From: a virus
Length of the DNA stretch: 64,000 nucleotides
Direction: 5' to 3' (one strand)
Virus record (IMG/VR): IMGVR_UViG_3300030104_007872
Location: 14,085 to 78,084 of that record
The position numbers and the translations under genes are program-made. Of this stretch, positions 18,669 through 27,818 are shown one piece after another. The notes under the pieces are model-generated. The model was not told the origin of the DNA. It worked only from the letters and a program-made list of their open reading frames with translations, and did no database searches. Within the stretch, counting starts at the first letter, position 1. Each line of letters begins with the position of its first letter.

Positions 18669-19645
18669 GCGAAGATTTATTTTACAACAGAGACAGAAAT
18701 ATATCAGGTGTTTCTACGCCCACTGAATTAACGTCACTAAACCTTACGCCTTCTTATGGCTCACAGGTGCAATTCAGCGCCAATAATGGTGAATACGTTA
18801 CAGATAATTTTTATACCAATAGGATTCCCTTATCTTTAAATAGCTTATCTGCCTCCTTTAGGGTTAGGTATCAAGTTAATGAAGTGAATGGTAGGAGGTT
18901 AGCTAATTTCTTTGAAAGCAAATCTGGAAATCGCAGTTTTGAATTCAACCCCGACAGTTCCAGAATTTATAAAAATGTATCAGGTTTTTGCAATTCATAC
19001 CTGATCAATTTTACAAACAATCAGCATTATGATGTCGCGGCAGAAGTGTCCTGTGATACGGGGCCAACTCTCTTAAAATGGTCGGGTGGGTGTTATGTTA
19101 ATACGGGTGTTCGTAAATGGCATGTAGGAGAACAATATCATAAGTATGATATTATTTATACTGGCATAAACCCACAAAACAAGCTGGATAACTTTTATTA
19201 TGCGACTGCTACCCATACAGCGTCGAGTCCTGAAGCGGATGGCCCTTCAGGAACTAGCCCTCAATGGACACAAGACTTCTTTTTTAACCCAGATATAGGA
19301 TTAAGTACGCAAGTGGACATAAAAGTGGACAAATTAAATTATGAGAATTCAGTCACAGAAAGACTAAAAACAAGTCAGAATGCCGCATCCATGTCGTTTA
19401 GTTATACATTTAAAGATTTACCAGAAAGACAGACCAAGGCAATGTTGCACTTTTTAGAAAACAAAGGTGGCTATAGAAGGTTTAAAGTTGGCATAACGGG
19501 AACAGCGGGTGTTTTGCCTATTTATAATAGATCTAAAGTTTGTCATTCTCCTAGCTGGTCTCATACTTGGAAATATTTTGATTCGAATGACCTTCAGGTG
19601 ACATTAATTGAAGACCCAATGGGTGTAATTCCAACAGGAACATAA
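18665..19645 (+). CDS. Distal tail protein with two lambda gpM-like halves
   Basis: Repeated motif NFFESKSGNRSF / HFLENKGGYRRF. Confidence 0.55.
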   Translation: MSEDLFYNRDRNISGVSTPTELTSLNLTPSYGSQVQFSANNGEYVTDNFYTNRIPLSLNSLSASFRVRYQVNEVNGRRLANFFESKSGNRSFEFNPDSSRIYKNVSGFCNSYLINFTNNQHYDVAAEVSCDTGPTLLKWSGGCYVNTGVRKWHVGEQYHKYDIIYTGINPQNKLDNFYYATATHTASSPEADGPSGTSPQWTQDFFFNPDIGLSTQVDIKVDKLNYENSVTERLKTSQNAASMSFSYTFKDLPERQTKAMLHFLENKGGYRRFKVGITGTAGVLPIYNRSKVCHSPSWSHTWKYFDSNDLQVTLIEDPMGVIPTGT

Positions 19646-19647
19646 CA

Positions 19648-20739
19648 ATGCCTCGTAACAGGAATATAATAAAAAGCAATAATACTGCTGTGGCCGTGCA
19701 AAATGGTGGTGGAAACGCCTTTTCGACAATCGATCTGGATTTAAACTTATTCACCACGGTTCAGGATGGCAACTACAACGTATCATTCGAGCGCTCACCC
19801 TTGAAACAAGTGGGGAGTCAGCTTTACACCACTCAAGATCTTGTTAGGCAACCAGATGTAGAGTTGGCGCTTTCATATTACCCTGAGCCCAGCATGTCAA
19901 ATGAGAACTTTGGTGGCCTATTAAAGACTTATCCAACGGCTGACTCCATACAGGCACTTTCGGGCGTAACGGATTTTTCCACCAATTTTTTTGTTTTAAC
20001 TGCACCCTACCAAGGCGATGATGCTTTAGAAAAGATAGCGTTCGATGAGGCGAGTAATGATCTCAGTGATTGGGATGCAACGGTCTTTGGAAATTGTTAT
20101 TTAACAAGTTATCAATTAACTTATGCTGCGCGACAATTGCCAGTTGCATCGATGGGATTTGTTTGCTCAAATATGCAATTTGAAACCTTAACTGGAACCA
20201 CAATGGAGTCGCCCGCAGTCAATCTGGAAAACGGAAACGCTACTGGCGGTAAGTGTTTGTTTCAATTTGATAACGCCATACGAGATCCCGTGATTGTAAA
20301 CCCTAATTCTACGGGTAGCAGTGTAACTTTACAAAATTTACAGGTTGGTGGTCAGCGGCTTGTTGACAAACACCTTATTCAATCAGTGGATATGTCGATA
20401 ACCATGGATAGAGCATCCATGTATGGCCTTGGTAATAATTTTGCTTATGATAGAAAGCTGGAGCTTCCAGCAAGGGGAAGCTTTAATGTTTCCTCTCTTG
20501 TATCGGGTGTCAGTCAAACTACTGGCTCTGTCACGGGTTTATTAACAGGGGATTCCTCTTATGACTTCGAATTGGTTTTAGAAGGAAGCGGTAAGAGCAT
20601 GAGATATTCCATTGAGGGTGCTAAGCTAAATTCAATTAGTTATGGAATGCCAATCGGCAGCTTCATGACTTATGATGCGAGTTTTAATTTTGAGGTTACC
20701 GAATCTTACGGTTTACGAGTAAGAGGTACAGCTTATTAG
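19648..20739 (+). CDS. Minor tail protein, paralog of the tail tube protein
   Basis: VQDGNYNVSFER...PDVELALSYYP and IQSVDMSITMDR...FAYDRKLELP align with tube segments VQSANYGFNLSR...PTVSLDFTYYP and IQSASLSVPLSR...FAYARTVDFP. Confidence 0.7.
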   Translation: MPRNRNIIKSNNTAVAVQNGGGNAFSTIDLDLNLFTTVQDGNYNVSFERSPLKQVGSQLYTTQDLVRQPDVELALSYYPEPSMSNENFGGLLKTYPTADSIQALSGVTDFSTNFFVLTAPYQGDDALEKIAFDEASNDLSDWDATVFGNCYLTSYQLTYAARQLPVASMGFVCSNMQFETLTGTTMESPAVNLENGNATGGKCLFQFDNAIRDPVIVNPNSTGSSVTLQNLQVGGQRLVDKHLIQSVDMSITMDRASMYGLGNNFAYDRKLELPARGSFNVSSLVSGVSQTTGSVTGLLTGDSSYDFELVLEGSGKSMRYSIEGAKLNSISYGMPIGSFMTYDASFNFEVTESYGLRVRGTAY

Positions 20740-21119
20740 TCATAATCAACCTTTACGTTTTTACTCTCGTAGGTTTTTTTCATCTCAGCCATGTGTTTGG
20801 CGCCATTTCGTTTTTCAGAATAATTTTTGAAGTATTTTTGCTTCACTGGATCTATTCCACCATTGGCAGCAGCCCTCTTTTCGCTGAGTTCACTAGAGTA
20901 ATCCATCATATCTCCATAGGTGCCCTTTTTGTTGTATGTGGAGTCTATAAACTGTTGATTACTAAATGGATCTATATTGGCATCCACTGAGGCATTCGGC
21001 GCCAAGAATACTCTGTCCCACGTTACCCCATCTTTCTCATAAACGTGTTCGTCATTCATACCCTGAAAAACTTCTTCGTATTCTTCTCTCTCTGGGTGCT
21101 TGTAAACGTAAATAGGCAT
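20736..21119 (-). CDS. FmdB-like protein lacking the zinc-ribbon cysteines
   Basis: Starts MPIYVYKHP...EEVFQGMND, like the FmdB MPIYEYxC pattern but without Cys. Confidence 0.5.
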   Translation of the reverse strand: MPIYVYKHPEREEYEEVFQGMNDEHVYEKDGVTWDRVFLAPNASVDANIDPFSNQQFIDSTYNKKGTYGDMMDYSSELSEKRAAANGGIDPVKQKYFKNYSEKRNGAKHMAEMKKTYESKNVKVDYD

Positions 21120-21129
21120 AATGCATTAT

Positions 21130-21163
21130 AAAAAAAAGAGAGGGTATTTCTACCCCCTCTTTC
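21130..21163 (-). terminator. Intrinsic terminator downstream of hsp20
   Basis: Minus strand: AAAGAGGGGGTA-GAAA-TACCCTCTCTTT followed by further Ts. Confidence 0.8.
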
Positions 21164-21237
21164 AGTATGTCGCCGCAGGATCTCACTACAGGATTAATGG
21201 CCGTTATAGAGGATGCCACCAACCCATTCCTTGAGCG

Positions 21238-21558
21238 TCACTTGATCTGTATTTCCCTACCCTCGGAAACGGTCCTCTTGGGCAGTGTTAATTTTAAAAG
21301 CCCGTACTTTAAGTCGGCTGTGATGTGATCTACAGAAACAAGGTTATTTAAATACAGTTTAAATTCCTTTTCTCGGTCCTTGTTTTTTGCTGTCACCGTC
21401 AAAATGTCATCAGTGACATTGATTACCATATCTTTCTTGGAAAACCCTGGAAGCTCAATCTCTGAAGTGTAAACATCTCCCGATTCCTTCACGCAAGACC
21501 TTTTACTTGGGGTGATCCTATGAATGTCGTTAAACAGTGTGTTAATTAGTGTGTTCAT
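21238..21558 (-). CDS. hsp20: Small heat-shock protein (Hsp20/alpha-crystallin)
   Basis: ELPGFSKKDM...ILTVTA...ADLKYGLLKLTLPK signature. Confidence 0.9.
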   Translation of the reverse strand: MNTLINTLFNDIHRITPSKRSCVKESGDVYTSEIELPGFSKKDMVINVTDDILTVTAKNKDREKEFKLYLNNLVSVDHITADLKYGLLKLTLPKRTVSEGREIQIK

Positions 21559-21588
21559 ACTTTATTATATGATGTAACGCGATAAGTT

Positions 21589-22668
21589 TCAAGCGGTATT
21601 TATTTGTGACAAAAGTGTATCGACTGTGTTAGAGTATGTAAACTTGTTTCGAAGTTCCAGTCCTTCCGTATTTATTTGGCCAGCCCTACCAGCCCCTTCT
21701 TCCATCATCCAAATAACTTCTTCTTCCTCCCAAGTGTAAAAAGTGCCCTGATTAAATGGGGTATCCTTATTAAAGAAAACCCCGTCTTCAGCAGGCATTT
21801 GTCCTCGTGCAGGAATTAAAATAGCATTTTTTTCTGTCGCCCAATCTTTATGGGAGGTCTCATTTAAAACCAAGCTCCATTTACCTAAACAGGTCGCGTT
21901 AAAAGCAGGTAAGTTCCATCCCTCGCCACCTGACAGTCCAGTTAGGTCTACATCAATTGCATTTAGGAATTCATTAACCTCCTTGTTGGTCTTTAAATAT
22001 GGTAGAAAATTAATGTTAGTGTAATTTTTACCCTGACAAACCCCACTTAGAATACGATTCATGTCCTCGGGCTTAAAGAACGGGTTATTGATACAACACG
22101 ACAACTGATACTTATTATTGTTCCCGTATTTTTTTAACCAAGCCTTAATAATTCGATCAGTGTGCTTCCTATTTTCGAATTTACCCATCAAACCAAAATG
22201 AACAGTGTCCTTTAGGTAAGTCTTGTTGGTTTGATAAAAATCTTCATCAAAGCCCAGAGGTACAAATTCAGCTTTCGTTGCACCTAGATTTGCGAAATTG
22301 TTTTTTGCGTAAGATGAACTAAAAAAAGTTTTATCTTGAGCTTCACAAATCTTTAATTCGATGTCTGTCGGTTTATTACATTCGTAAAATGTCAGAAGGT
22401 ATTGGTCTTTATTTTTTCTATTTTCACTACCATTTAGGTGCCAAATCTTCAAACAGGGTATTTCGGGCTTTAAGAAATCAAACCTTTTATTGATGCCGTT
22501 TTCAATATATTTACCCAAGTCAGGCGCGACAGAATAAGCGGATAAGTCGGTATTCCCCACGGGAAATATACCTAATTCAACGTCTCTCTTAAAGAGTTCT
22601 CGGACAATGTTATAGGTAACATTGCCGAGACTCAATGAGTTGAATGGGGCGTCAATCAGTAATTTCAT
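21589..22668 (-). CDS. Glycosyltransferase (GT-B, family 4-like)
   Basis: GKFENRK and SGGEGWNLPAFNATCLGK (EGFGLP-type) motifs. Confidence 0.8.
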   Translation of the reverse strand: MKLLIDAPFNSLSLGNVTYNIVRELFKRDVELGIFPVGNTDLSAYSVAPDLGKYIENGINKRFDFLKPEIPCLKIWHLNGSENRKNKDQYLLTFYECNKPTDIELKICEAQDKTFFSSSYAKNNFANLGATKAEFVPLGFDEDFYQTNKTYLKDTVHFGLMGKFENRKHTDRIIKAWLKKYGNNNKYQLSCCINNPFFKPEDMNRILSGVCQGKNYTNINFLPYLKTNKEVNEFLNAIDVDLTGLSGGEGWNLPAFNATCLGKWSLVLNETSHKDWATEKNAILIPARGQMPAEDGVFFNKDTPFNQGTFYTWEEEEVIWMMEEGAGRAGQINTEGLELRNKFTYSNTVDTLLSQINTA

Positions 22669-23030
22669 TAAAATGGGACTTCTTCCGCTACTGGAGTGTT
22701 TGACTCAGAAGAATCGTCGTCGGATTTTTTCCCACTACCTATGAACTGAAGATCCTTACCCCTGATGTAATATTTCGTAAATGTCTTACCTTCTTTTTCC
22801 CACGATGACATGCATAGTTCGCCTTGCACAATAAATTCGCGACCCTTGGTAAGATACTGTTCTGCAATTTCTGCCGTTTTGTCCCAATACTCGCAATCAA
22901 GAAAGCATTTTGTTTTTGCGTTTGCGGAAGAGATTCCAACTCGAAGGTTGGCAACCTTTTTTCCACTCGGTGTTGTCTTTACTTCTGGATCTTTAACCAA
23001 ATAAGCTGCTGCGGTGATTGAGTTATACAT
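22668..23030 (-). CDS. ssb: Single-stranded DNA-binding protein
   Basis: LVKDPE...YLTKGR...VQGEL OB-fold motifs and acidic C-terminal tail EEVPF. Confidence 0.92.
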   Translation of the reverse strand: MYNSITAAAYLVKDPEVKTTPSGKKVANLRVGISSANAKTKCFLDCEYWDKTAEIAEQYLTKGREFIVQGELCMSSWEKEGKTFTKYYIRGKDLQFIGSGKKSDDDSSESNTPVAEEVPF

Positions 23031-23595
23031 ATTTTTCTTGTGTCTTCAGTTTATTAATGAATCTATTGTGAATATTGATACAACCCTGAATGCTCATTTC
23101 TAATTCTTTAGCAATGATTCTCCAAGGAGTGAGCTTATTATCCATGCCATTGTAACGCATGTCAATTATTTTTTTCACTCTTAGGTCTTTTTCTCTTTCG
23201 AGGCTATTCTCAAGCAAGGAAAAAGCCTCATCTTTAGTTATATCACCCAAGAAACTCTCGCACGATGGCTCGATGTAGTTTTTTTCATCATTTATCAAAA
23301 ATTCCTTACTTCTTTTTTTCTTATTCAAAAGGTTTAGGCATTTCCATTTAGTTTGGTTCGCCAAATGAGTGGAAAATTTTGTTTTCTTAGTCGGATCGTA
23401 ACTCATGGCTGAGGAATATATCGTTGATTCCCTCTCTTCCATTAAAAAGTTCTTATCAAGGACATACTGAGGGCTGGACATAAATTGATTTAGCATGGTG
23501 TGGTAAATCCCTGAATGCCTGTCTATAAGCTCCAGAAGACTTTCCTCATCATTGTCCTCCTTGATTTTGTAAATAAGTGTTAGATCACTCTGCAT
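23023..23595 (-). CDS. Phage RNA polymerase sigma factor (regions 2 and 4); start revised to MQSDL at 23595
   Basis: YDPTKKTKFSTH (region 2.3-like) and C-terminal HTH WRIIAKELEMS; TTGAAA-16-TAATAT just upstream of ATG 23595. Confidence 0.75.
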   Translation of the reverse strand: MQSDLTLIYKIKEDNDEESLLELIDRHSGIYHTMLNQFMSSPQYVLDKNFLMEERESTIYSSAMSYDPTKKTKFSTHLANQTKWKCLNLLNKKKRSKEFLINDEKNYIEPSCESFLGDITKDEAFSLLENSLEREKDLRVKKIIDMRYNGMDNKLTPWRIIAKELEMSIQGCINIHNRFINKLKTQEKYV

Positions 23596-23697
23596 CCATA
23601 ATATTAGTTTCGGTTCTAGCTTTTTCAAAAAAATCTCGCTGATTTTTTATTTCCATCTTTTACGCAAAATCGCTTAATTATTATAATATAATTGTAA

Positions 23698-23779
23698 AAC
23701 GTTTACGGTAAAGACGAACGTTTACGGTAAAGTAAAACGTTAACTGTAAAGAAACGTTCTTTAACCGTTTCACGGTTAA
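23698..23779. repeat. 19-bp-period direct repeats plus a palindrome (iteron/operator-like)
   Basis: AACGTTTACGGTAAAG at 23698 and 23717, AACGTTAACTGTAAAG at 23736, AACGTT at 23753, and TTAACCGT-TTC-ACGGTTAA at 23761-23779. Confidence 0.85.
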
Positions 23780-23806
23780 TTATAACGCCGTGATTCCGTT
23801 TGTCAA
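23779..23806 (-). promoter_or_regulatory. Consensus sigma70-type promoter TTGACA-16-TATAAT reading leftward across the repeats
   Basis: TGTCAA at 23801-23806 and ATTATA at 23779-23784 on the plus strand. Confidence 0.7.
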
Positions 23807-23878
23807 ATTAAATTTTTGGGAAATTTTTTCTATTGACGAGAGACGTATTTGAGGGCACAAGTGTAATTTCCTTTAGTC

Positions 23879-24850
23879 ATGATTTTTGAAGAACAACTAG
23901 CGCGAAAGCCCAACCATTATCCATGGGCACAAGATTTTATAGAGGCAATGCACAACGGTTTTTGGACCGACAAAGAATTCAGTTTTAGTAGTGATATTCA
24001 GGATTTTAACGTTAATTTAAACGGAACCGAAAAAGAGATGATTATCCGCACTCTTTCTGCAATTGGCCAGATTGAGGTGGCGGTAAAAAAATTCTGGAGC
24101 AAACTTGGAGACAACCTTCCCCATCCCAGCTTAACGGACTTGGGTTACGTTATGGCCAATACAGAGGTCATTCACAATAATGCGTACGAGCGCTTATTGA
24201 CGGTTCTGGGGCTTGAAGACGTTTTCGAAGAGAACCTTAAGCTAGACTTTATTGAAGGCCGTGTGCGCTATCTGAGGAAGTATAACCATAAATTCTACAA
24301 GGACTCGAAGAAGCAATATGTCTATGCTCTTATTTTGTTTACCCTCTTCGTGGAAAACGTTTCCTTATTTAGCCAGTTTTATGTTATCAATTGGTTTAAT
24401 CGCTTTCGCAACGTTCTTAAAGATACAGGACAACAGGTAAAATATACCCGCAACGAAGAAAATATTCACGCTTTAGCGGGAATCAAAATCATAAACACTA
24501 TACGAAGCGAGCACCCTGAGCTTTTTGACGAGGAATTGCAGGAAAGGGTTGCCTCTGAATCTGAAGCGGCACTGATAGCAGAAAGTAACATTGTCGATTG
24601 GATGGTTAACGGCTTCAATGAAAAAGGTTTAAATGCAGATATTTTGAAGGAATTTATTAAAAATAGAATCAACGATTCTTTGGAGAAAATTGGTTTTGCG
24701 CCAGTATTTAATGTTGACACTTCTTTGCTGGAAGATACAATGTGGTTTGAGGAGGAATTAATGGGCAATAATGCCACTGATTTCTTTCATTCTCGCCCAG
24801 TAGAATATTCAAAAAATTCACAAACATTTGACGCTGACGACCTCTTTTAA
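23879..24850 (+). CDS. nrdB: Ribonucleotide reductase beta subunit, class Id-like
   Basis: QIE66VAVK70, E96xxH99, Y103, VEN and EENIH metal-site motifs. Confidence 0.92.
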   Translation: MIFEEQLARKPNHYPWAQDFIEAMHNGFWTDKEFSFSSDIQDFNVNLNGTEKEMIIRTLSAIGQIEVAVKKFWSKLGDNLPHPSLTDLGYVMANTEVIHNNAYERLLTVLGLEDVFEENLKLDFIEGRVRYLRKYNHKFYKDSKKQYVYALILFTLFVENVSLFSQFYVINWFNRFRNVLKDTGQQVKYTRNEENIHALAGIKIINTIRSEHPELFDEELQERVASESEAALIAESNIVDWMVNGFNEKGLNADILKEFIKNRINDSLEKIGFAPVFNVDTSLLEDTMWFEEELMGNNATDFFHSRPVEYSKNSQTFDADDLF

Positions 24851-26496
24851 TGAAAAAATATAAATGGCTCAACAAAGACTCTAGGGCATTCCTAAAAAGG
24901 GGTTATTTACAAGATGGAGAATCTGCCGAACAGCGTGTGGCTGATATTGCAAAAGCTGCGGAAAAGCACCTTAAGATAAAAGGTTTTGCTGAAAAATTTG
25001 AAGATTACGCTGCGAGGGGCTTTTATTCTTTAGCTAGTCCAGTTTGGGCAAACTTTGGGCGAAAGCGAGGATTACCTGTATCATGCAATGGTGTTTTCAT
25101 TGAAGATCGCATGGATGCCATTTTAGACAAACAGGCTGAGGTCGGAATGCAGACCAAACATGGCGCGGGAACCTCGGCCTATTTTGGTGATTTAAGAGGG
25201 CGCGGCGAACCAATTAATTCTGGCGGCACATCCAGCGGCTCTGTGCATTTCATGGAGCTTTTCGATAAAGTATCTTCTGTTGTTTCTCAAAGTAACGTAA
25301 GGAGAGGTTCCTTTGCCGCATATTTGCCAATTGATCATCCCGACATCAAGGAATTCTTAAGGATAAGGGGTGAAGGAAACCCTATTCAAGAGATGTCTTT
25401 TGGTGTTTGTATTGATGATGAGTGGATGAGATCATTGATGGGCGGTGATCGCCAAAAAAGATCCACATGGGCCGCACTTATACGCAAACGCTTCGAAACA
25501 GGATACCCCTATATTTTCTTTACTGATAGTGCTAATGAAAATGCTCCCAAGGCTTACAAGGATAAAAACCTAAAAATTTCTGCGTCTAATTTGTGTAGCG
25601 AAATATCCCTGCACTCTTCCGAAGAAGAGTCGTTTGTCTGCTGCTTGTCCTCTTTAAATTTGGTTAAATGGGAGGAAATAGTAGAAACAGATGCAGTAGA
25701 AACGCTGGTTTATTTTTTGGATGCAGTAATGGAAGAGTATATCCAGAAGACCGAACACATTCCGTTTATGAAGCCGTCGCATGAGTTTGCAAAACGACAA
25801 CGCGCCTTAGGCGTTGGTGTTCTGGGTTGGCATTCCCTGCTTCAGCAGCAGATGATTCCATTTGAAGGAATGAAGGCTCATGCTCTTAATATCGAAATTC
25901 ATAAAACCATAAGAGATAGAGCGGATAAAGCCACGGAGAATCTAAGCGTGTTACTTGGAGAACCTGAGCACCTCAAGGGTTATGGTAGGCGCAATATGAC
26001 CACAATGGCAATCGCGCCCACCACATCAAGTTCCTTTATATTAGGTCAGGTATCACCGTCTATTGAGCCTCTTAATAGTAATTATTTCACAAAAGACTTG
26101 GCAAAAGGTAAGTTTACTTACAAAAACCCTTACCTAGAGACGCTATTGGAAGAAAAAAATAAAAATACCATTAGCACATGGAAGTCAATTCTGTTAAAGG
26201 GTGGTTCAGTTCAGCATTTAACGTTTTTAACCGATGAAGAGAAGGCTGTATTTAAAACTTTCGGGGAAATCTCACAAAAAGAAATTGTGATTCAGGCATC
26301 GCAACGCCAAAGGTTTATTGATCAAGGGCAAAGTCTCAACCTTATGATTTCGCCAAAATGTCCACCCAAAGAAGTTAGCGAGTTACTTATTTTTGGCTGG
26401 GAACAAGGTATTAAAAGCTTTTATTATCAGCGCAGTGCAAATCCAAGCCAAGAATTAGCTCGATCAATCCTTTCTTGTGCGGCGTGTGAGGGTTGA
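24850..26496 (+). CDS. nrdA: Ribonucleotide reductase alpha subunit, short form without ATP cone
   Basis: PVSC, SNLCSEI, AIAPTTSSS, KSFYY and C-terminal CAACEG. Confidence 0.95.
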   Translation: MKKYKWLNKDSRAFLKRGYLQDGESAEQRVADIAKAAEKHLKIKGFAEKFEDYAARGFYSLASPVWANFGRKRGLPVSCNGVFIEDRMDAILDKQAEVGMQTKHGAGTSAYFGDLRGRGEPINSGGTSSGSVHFMELFDKVSSVVSQSNVRRGSFAAYLPIDHPDIKEFLRIRGEGNPIQEMSFGVCIDDEWMRSLMGGDRQKRSTWAALIRKRFETGYPYIFFTDSANENAPKAYKDKNLKISASNLCSEISLHSSEEESFVCCLSSLNLVKWEEIVETDAVETLVYFLDAVMEEYIQKTEHIPFMKPSHEFAKRQRALGVGVLGWHSLLQQQMIPFEGMKAHALNIEIHKTIRDRADKATENLSVLLGEPEHLKGYGRRNMTTMAIAPTTSSSFILGQVSPSIEPLNSNYFTKDLAKGKFTYKNPYLETLLEEKNKNTISTWKSILLKGGSVQHLTFLTDEEKAVFKTFGEISQKEIVIQASQRQRFIDQGQSLNLMISPKCPPKEVSELLIFGWEQGIKSFYYQRSANPSQELARSILSCAACEG

Positions 26497-26512
26497 AGTG
26501 TAATAAATTTAA

Positions 26513-26926
26513 ATGAAGCCAAGCTTTTCACAGAAAATATTCAAATGCCTCAAAGAGAAGGTAGAGAAGCATAATGAAAAGCATTCTAAACCTGTATCCC
26601 TAGAGCAGGTTATCAGGGTATATAAACGCGGAGAGAGGCTTACTGAGCATTTTTGGCAACCACGGCTTACAACAGCGCAATTGGCCATGGCTAGGGTTAA
26701 TCTTTTTTTAAAATTGGCCGCAGAGCGAATAGTTGATGATTTTTATGCGGCGCAAGATCAGGATATTCTGATAGCCTCACATCGCAGCCATGAACAAGAG
26801 ATGATGGAGCCATTCTGTAATTTTAAAGATTTAGATTATGTTTCTGCGAGGTGTGATTTACTCTTGGCGCACATTTCCGATAAAGATGGCAACCAAATAT
26901 TCAAGGCTCCACCACTTGAAGAATAG
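26513..26926 (+). CDS. Hypothetical protein, paralog of a domain of 60526-61803
   Basis: LKEKVEKHN...VYKRG...AMARVNLFLK...DQDI shared with that protein; GTGTAA upstream. Confidence 0.7.
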   Translation: MKPSFSQKIFKCLKEKVEKHNEKHSKPVSLEQVIRVYKRGERLTEHFWQPRLTTAQLAMARVNLFLKLAAERIVDDFYAAQDQDILIASHRSHEQEMMEPFCNFKDLDYVSARCDLLLAHISDKDGNQIFKAPPLEE

Positions 26927-26960
26927 CCCTGTTTTTATATAATCATGCTAAAAGCATGAA

Positions 26961-27818
26961 ATGAGGTTTTTATTCGTATCAGATTTTACATTAGAGCAAA
27001 GATCGGGTGGCGCTCAGGTTAGTAATGACCTGATCATAAAAAGAGGACGCGAGTTGGGCCATGAAATCATTGAGCATGACTACACTTCTTCTCCTGTGGA
27101 TTTTTTATCTTATTACGACTCAATTATTAGCTCTAATCTTGAGGTTATAAGTAGGTCGGCGCCTATCAAACTAGATTTCATAACAAAACATGGAAACCAT
27201 ATACGGCTGGAGCACGATTCTTGCTCCTATTTAAACGCAGAAGTTAGGCGGTCACTGTTCGAATCATCCAACCTTAACTTTTTTCTTTCGGATTTCCACA
27301 TTGGGTTTTTTCGTGAAAGGTATGGAAATTACTTTGAGAATGTTGAAATCGTTTATGACCCTATTGACACTGGACTCTTTTGCGATGATAGCTCAGAAAA
27401 GATTTATGATGTGGTTTATTGTGGGTATTTGCACGAACTTAAGGGTTTAAAAAACTTACTACATTTCGCCTCCTCAAATCCAAATAGGGAAATATCAGTT
27501 TTTGGCTGGTGTGATTTTAAACCCGAATCAGCTTTTTCTGCTTTGGATAATATCTCCTTCCACGGAGAAAGGACTCACGAAGAAATTGCAAAGATATTTA
27601 AGCAAAGTTTAGCTGTATATCACAGCCCAATAGTTAATGAACCCTTTTGCCGCATGGTTGGTGAGGCTCTTTTGTGCGGCGTTCGCGAGGTTATAGGCTC
27701 AACAGAGAAGATAGGCTCTTATTTAGAGTTTCAAAAACATGGTATCGAAAAGTTTAGCCAAGACTGTTCAAATGCTCCTGATGTATTTTGGCAAAAAGTA
27801 CAGGAATCACTCAAATGA
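26961..27818 (+). CDS. Glycosyltransferase (GT-B, family 4-like)
   Basis: GGAQ N-terminal motif, YCGYLHELKG and EPFCRMVGEALLCG. Confidence 0.8.
   Translation: MRFLFVSDFTLEQRSGGAQVSNDLIIKRGRELGHEIIEHDYTSSPVDFLSYYDSIISSNLEVISRSAPIKLDFITKHGNHIRLEHDSCSYLNAEVRRSLFESSNLNFFLSDFHIGFFRERYGNYFENVEIVYDPIDTGLFCDDSSEKIYDVVYCGYLHELKGLKNLLHFASSNPNREISVFGWCDFKPESAFSALDNISFHGERTHEEIAKIFKQSLAVYHSPIVNEPFCRMVGEALLCGVREVIGSTEKIGSYLEFQKHGIEKFSQDCSNAPDVFWQKVQESLK

Noticed and set aside
23585-23656. Short minus-strand ORF (MEIKNQRDFF...) overlapping the sigma gene start
   Set aside because: Only 23 codons, overlapping a promoter-like element, with no supporting signal.
23698-23758. Mini CRISPR array, with the Cas4-like gene at 51723
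   Set aside because: Repeats are 16 bp with 3-nt gaps and no spacers. The nuclease sits in the replication module with no other cas genes.
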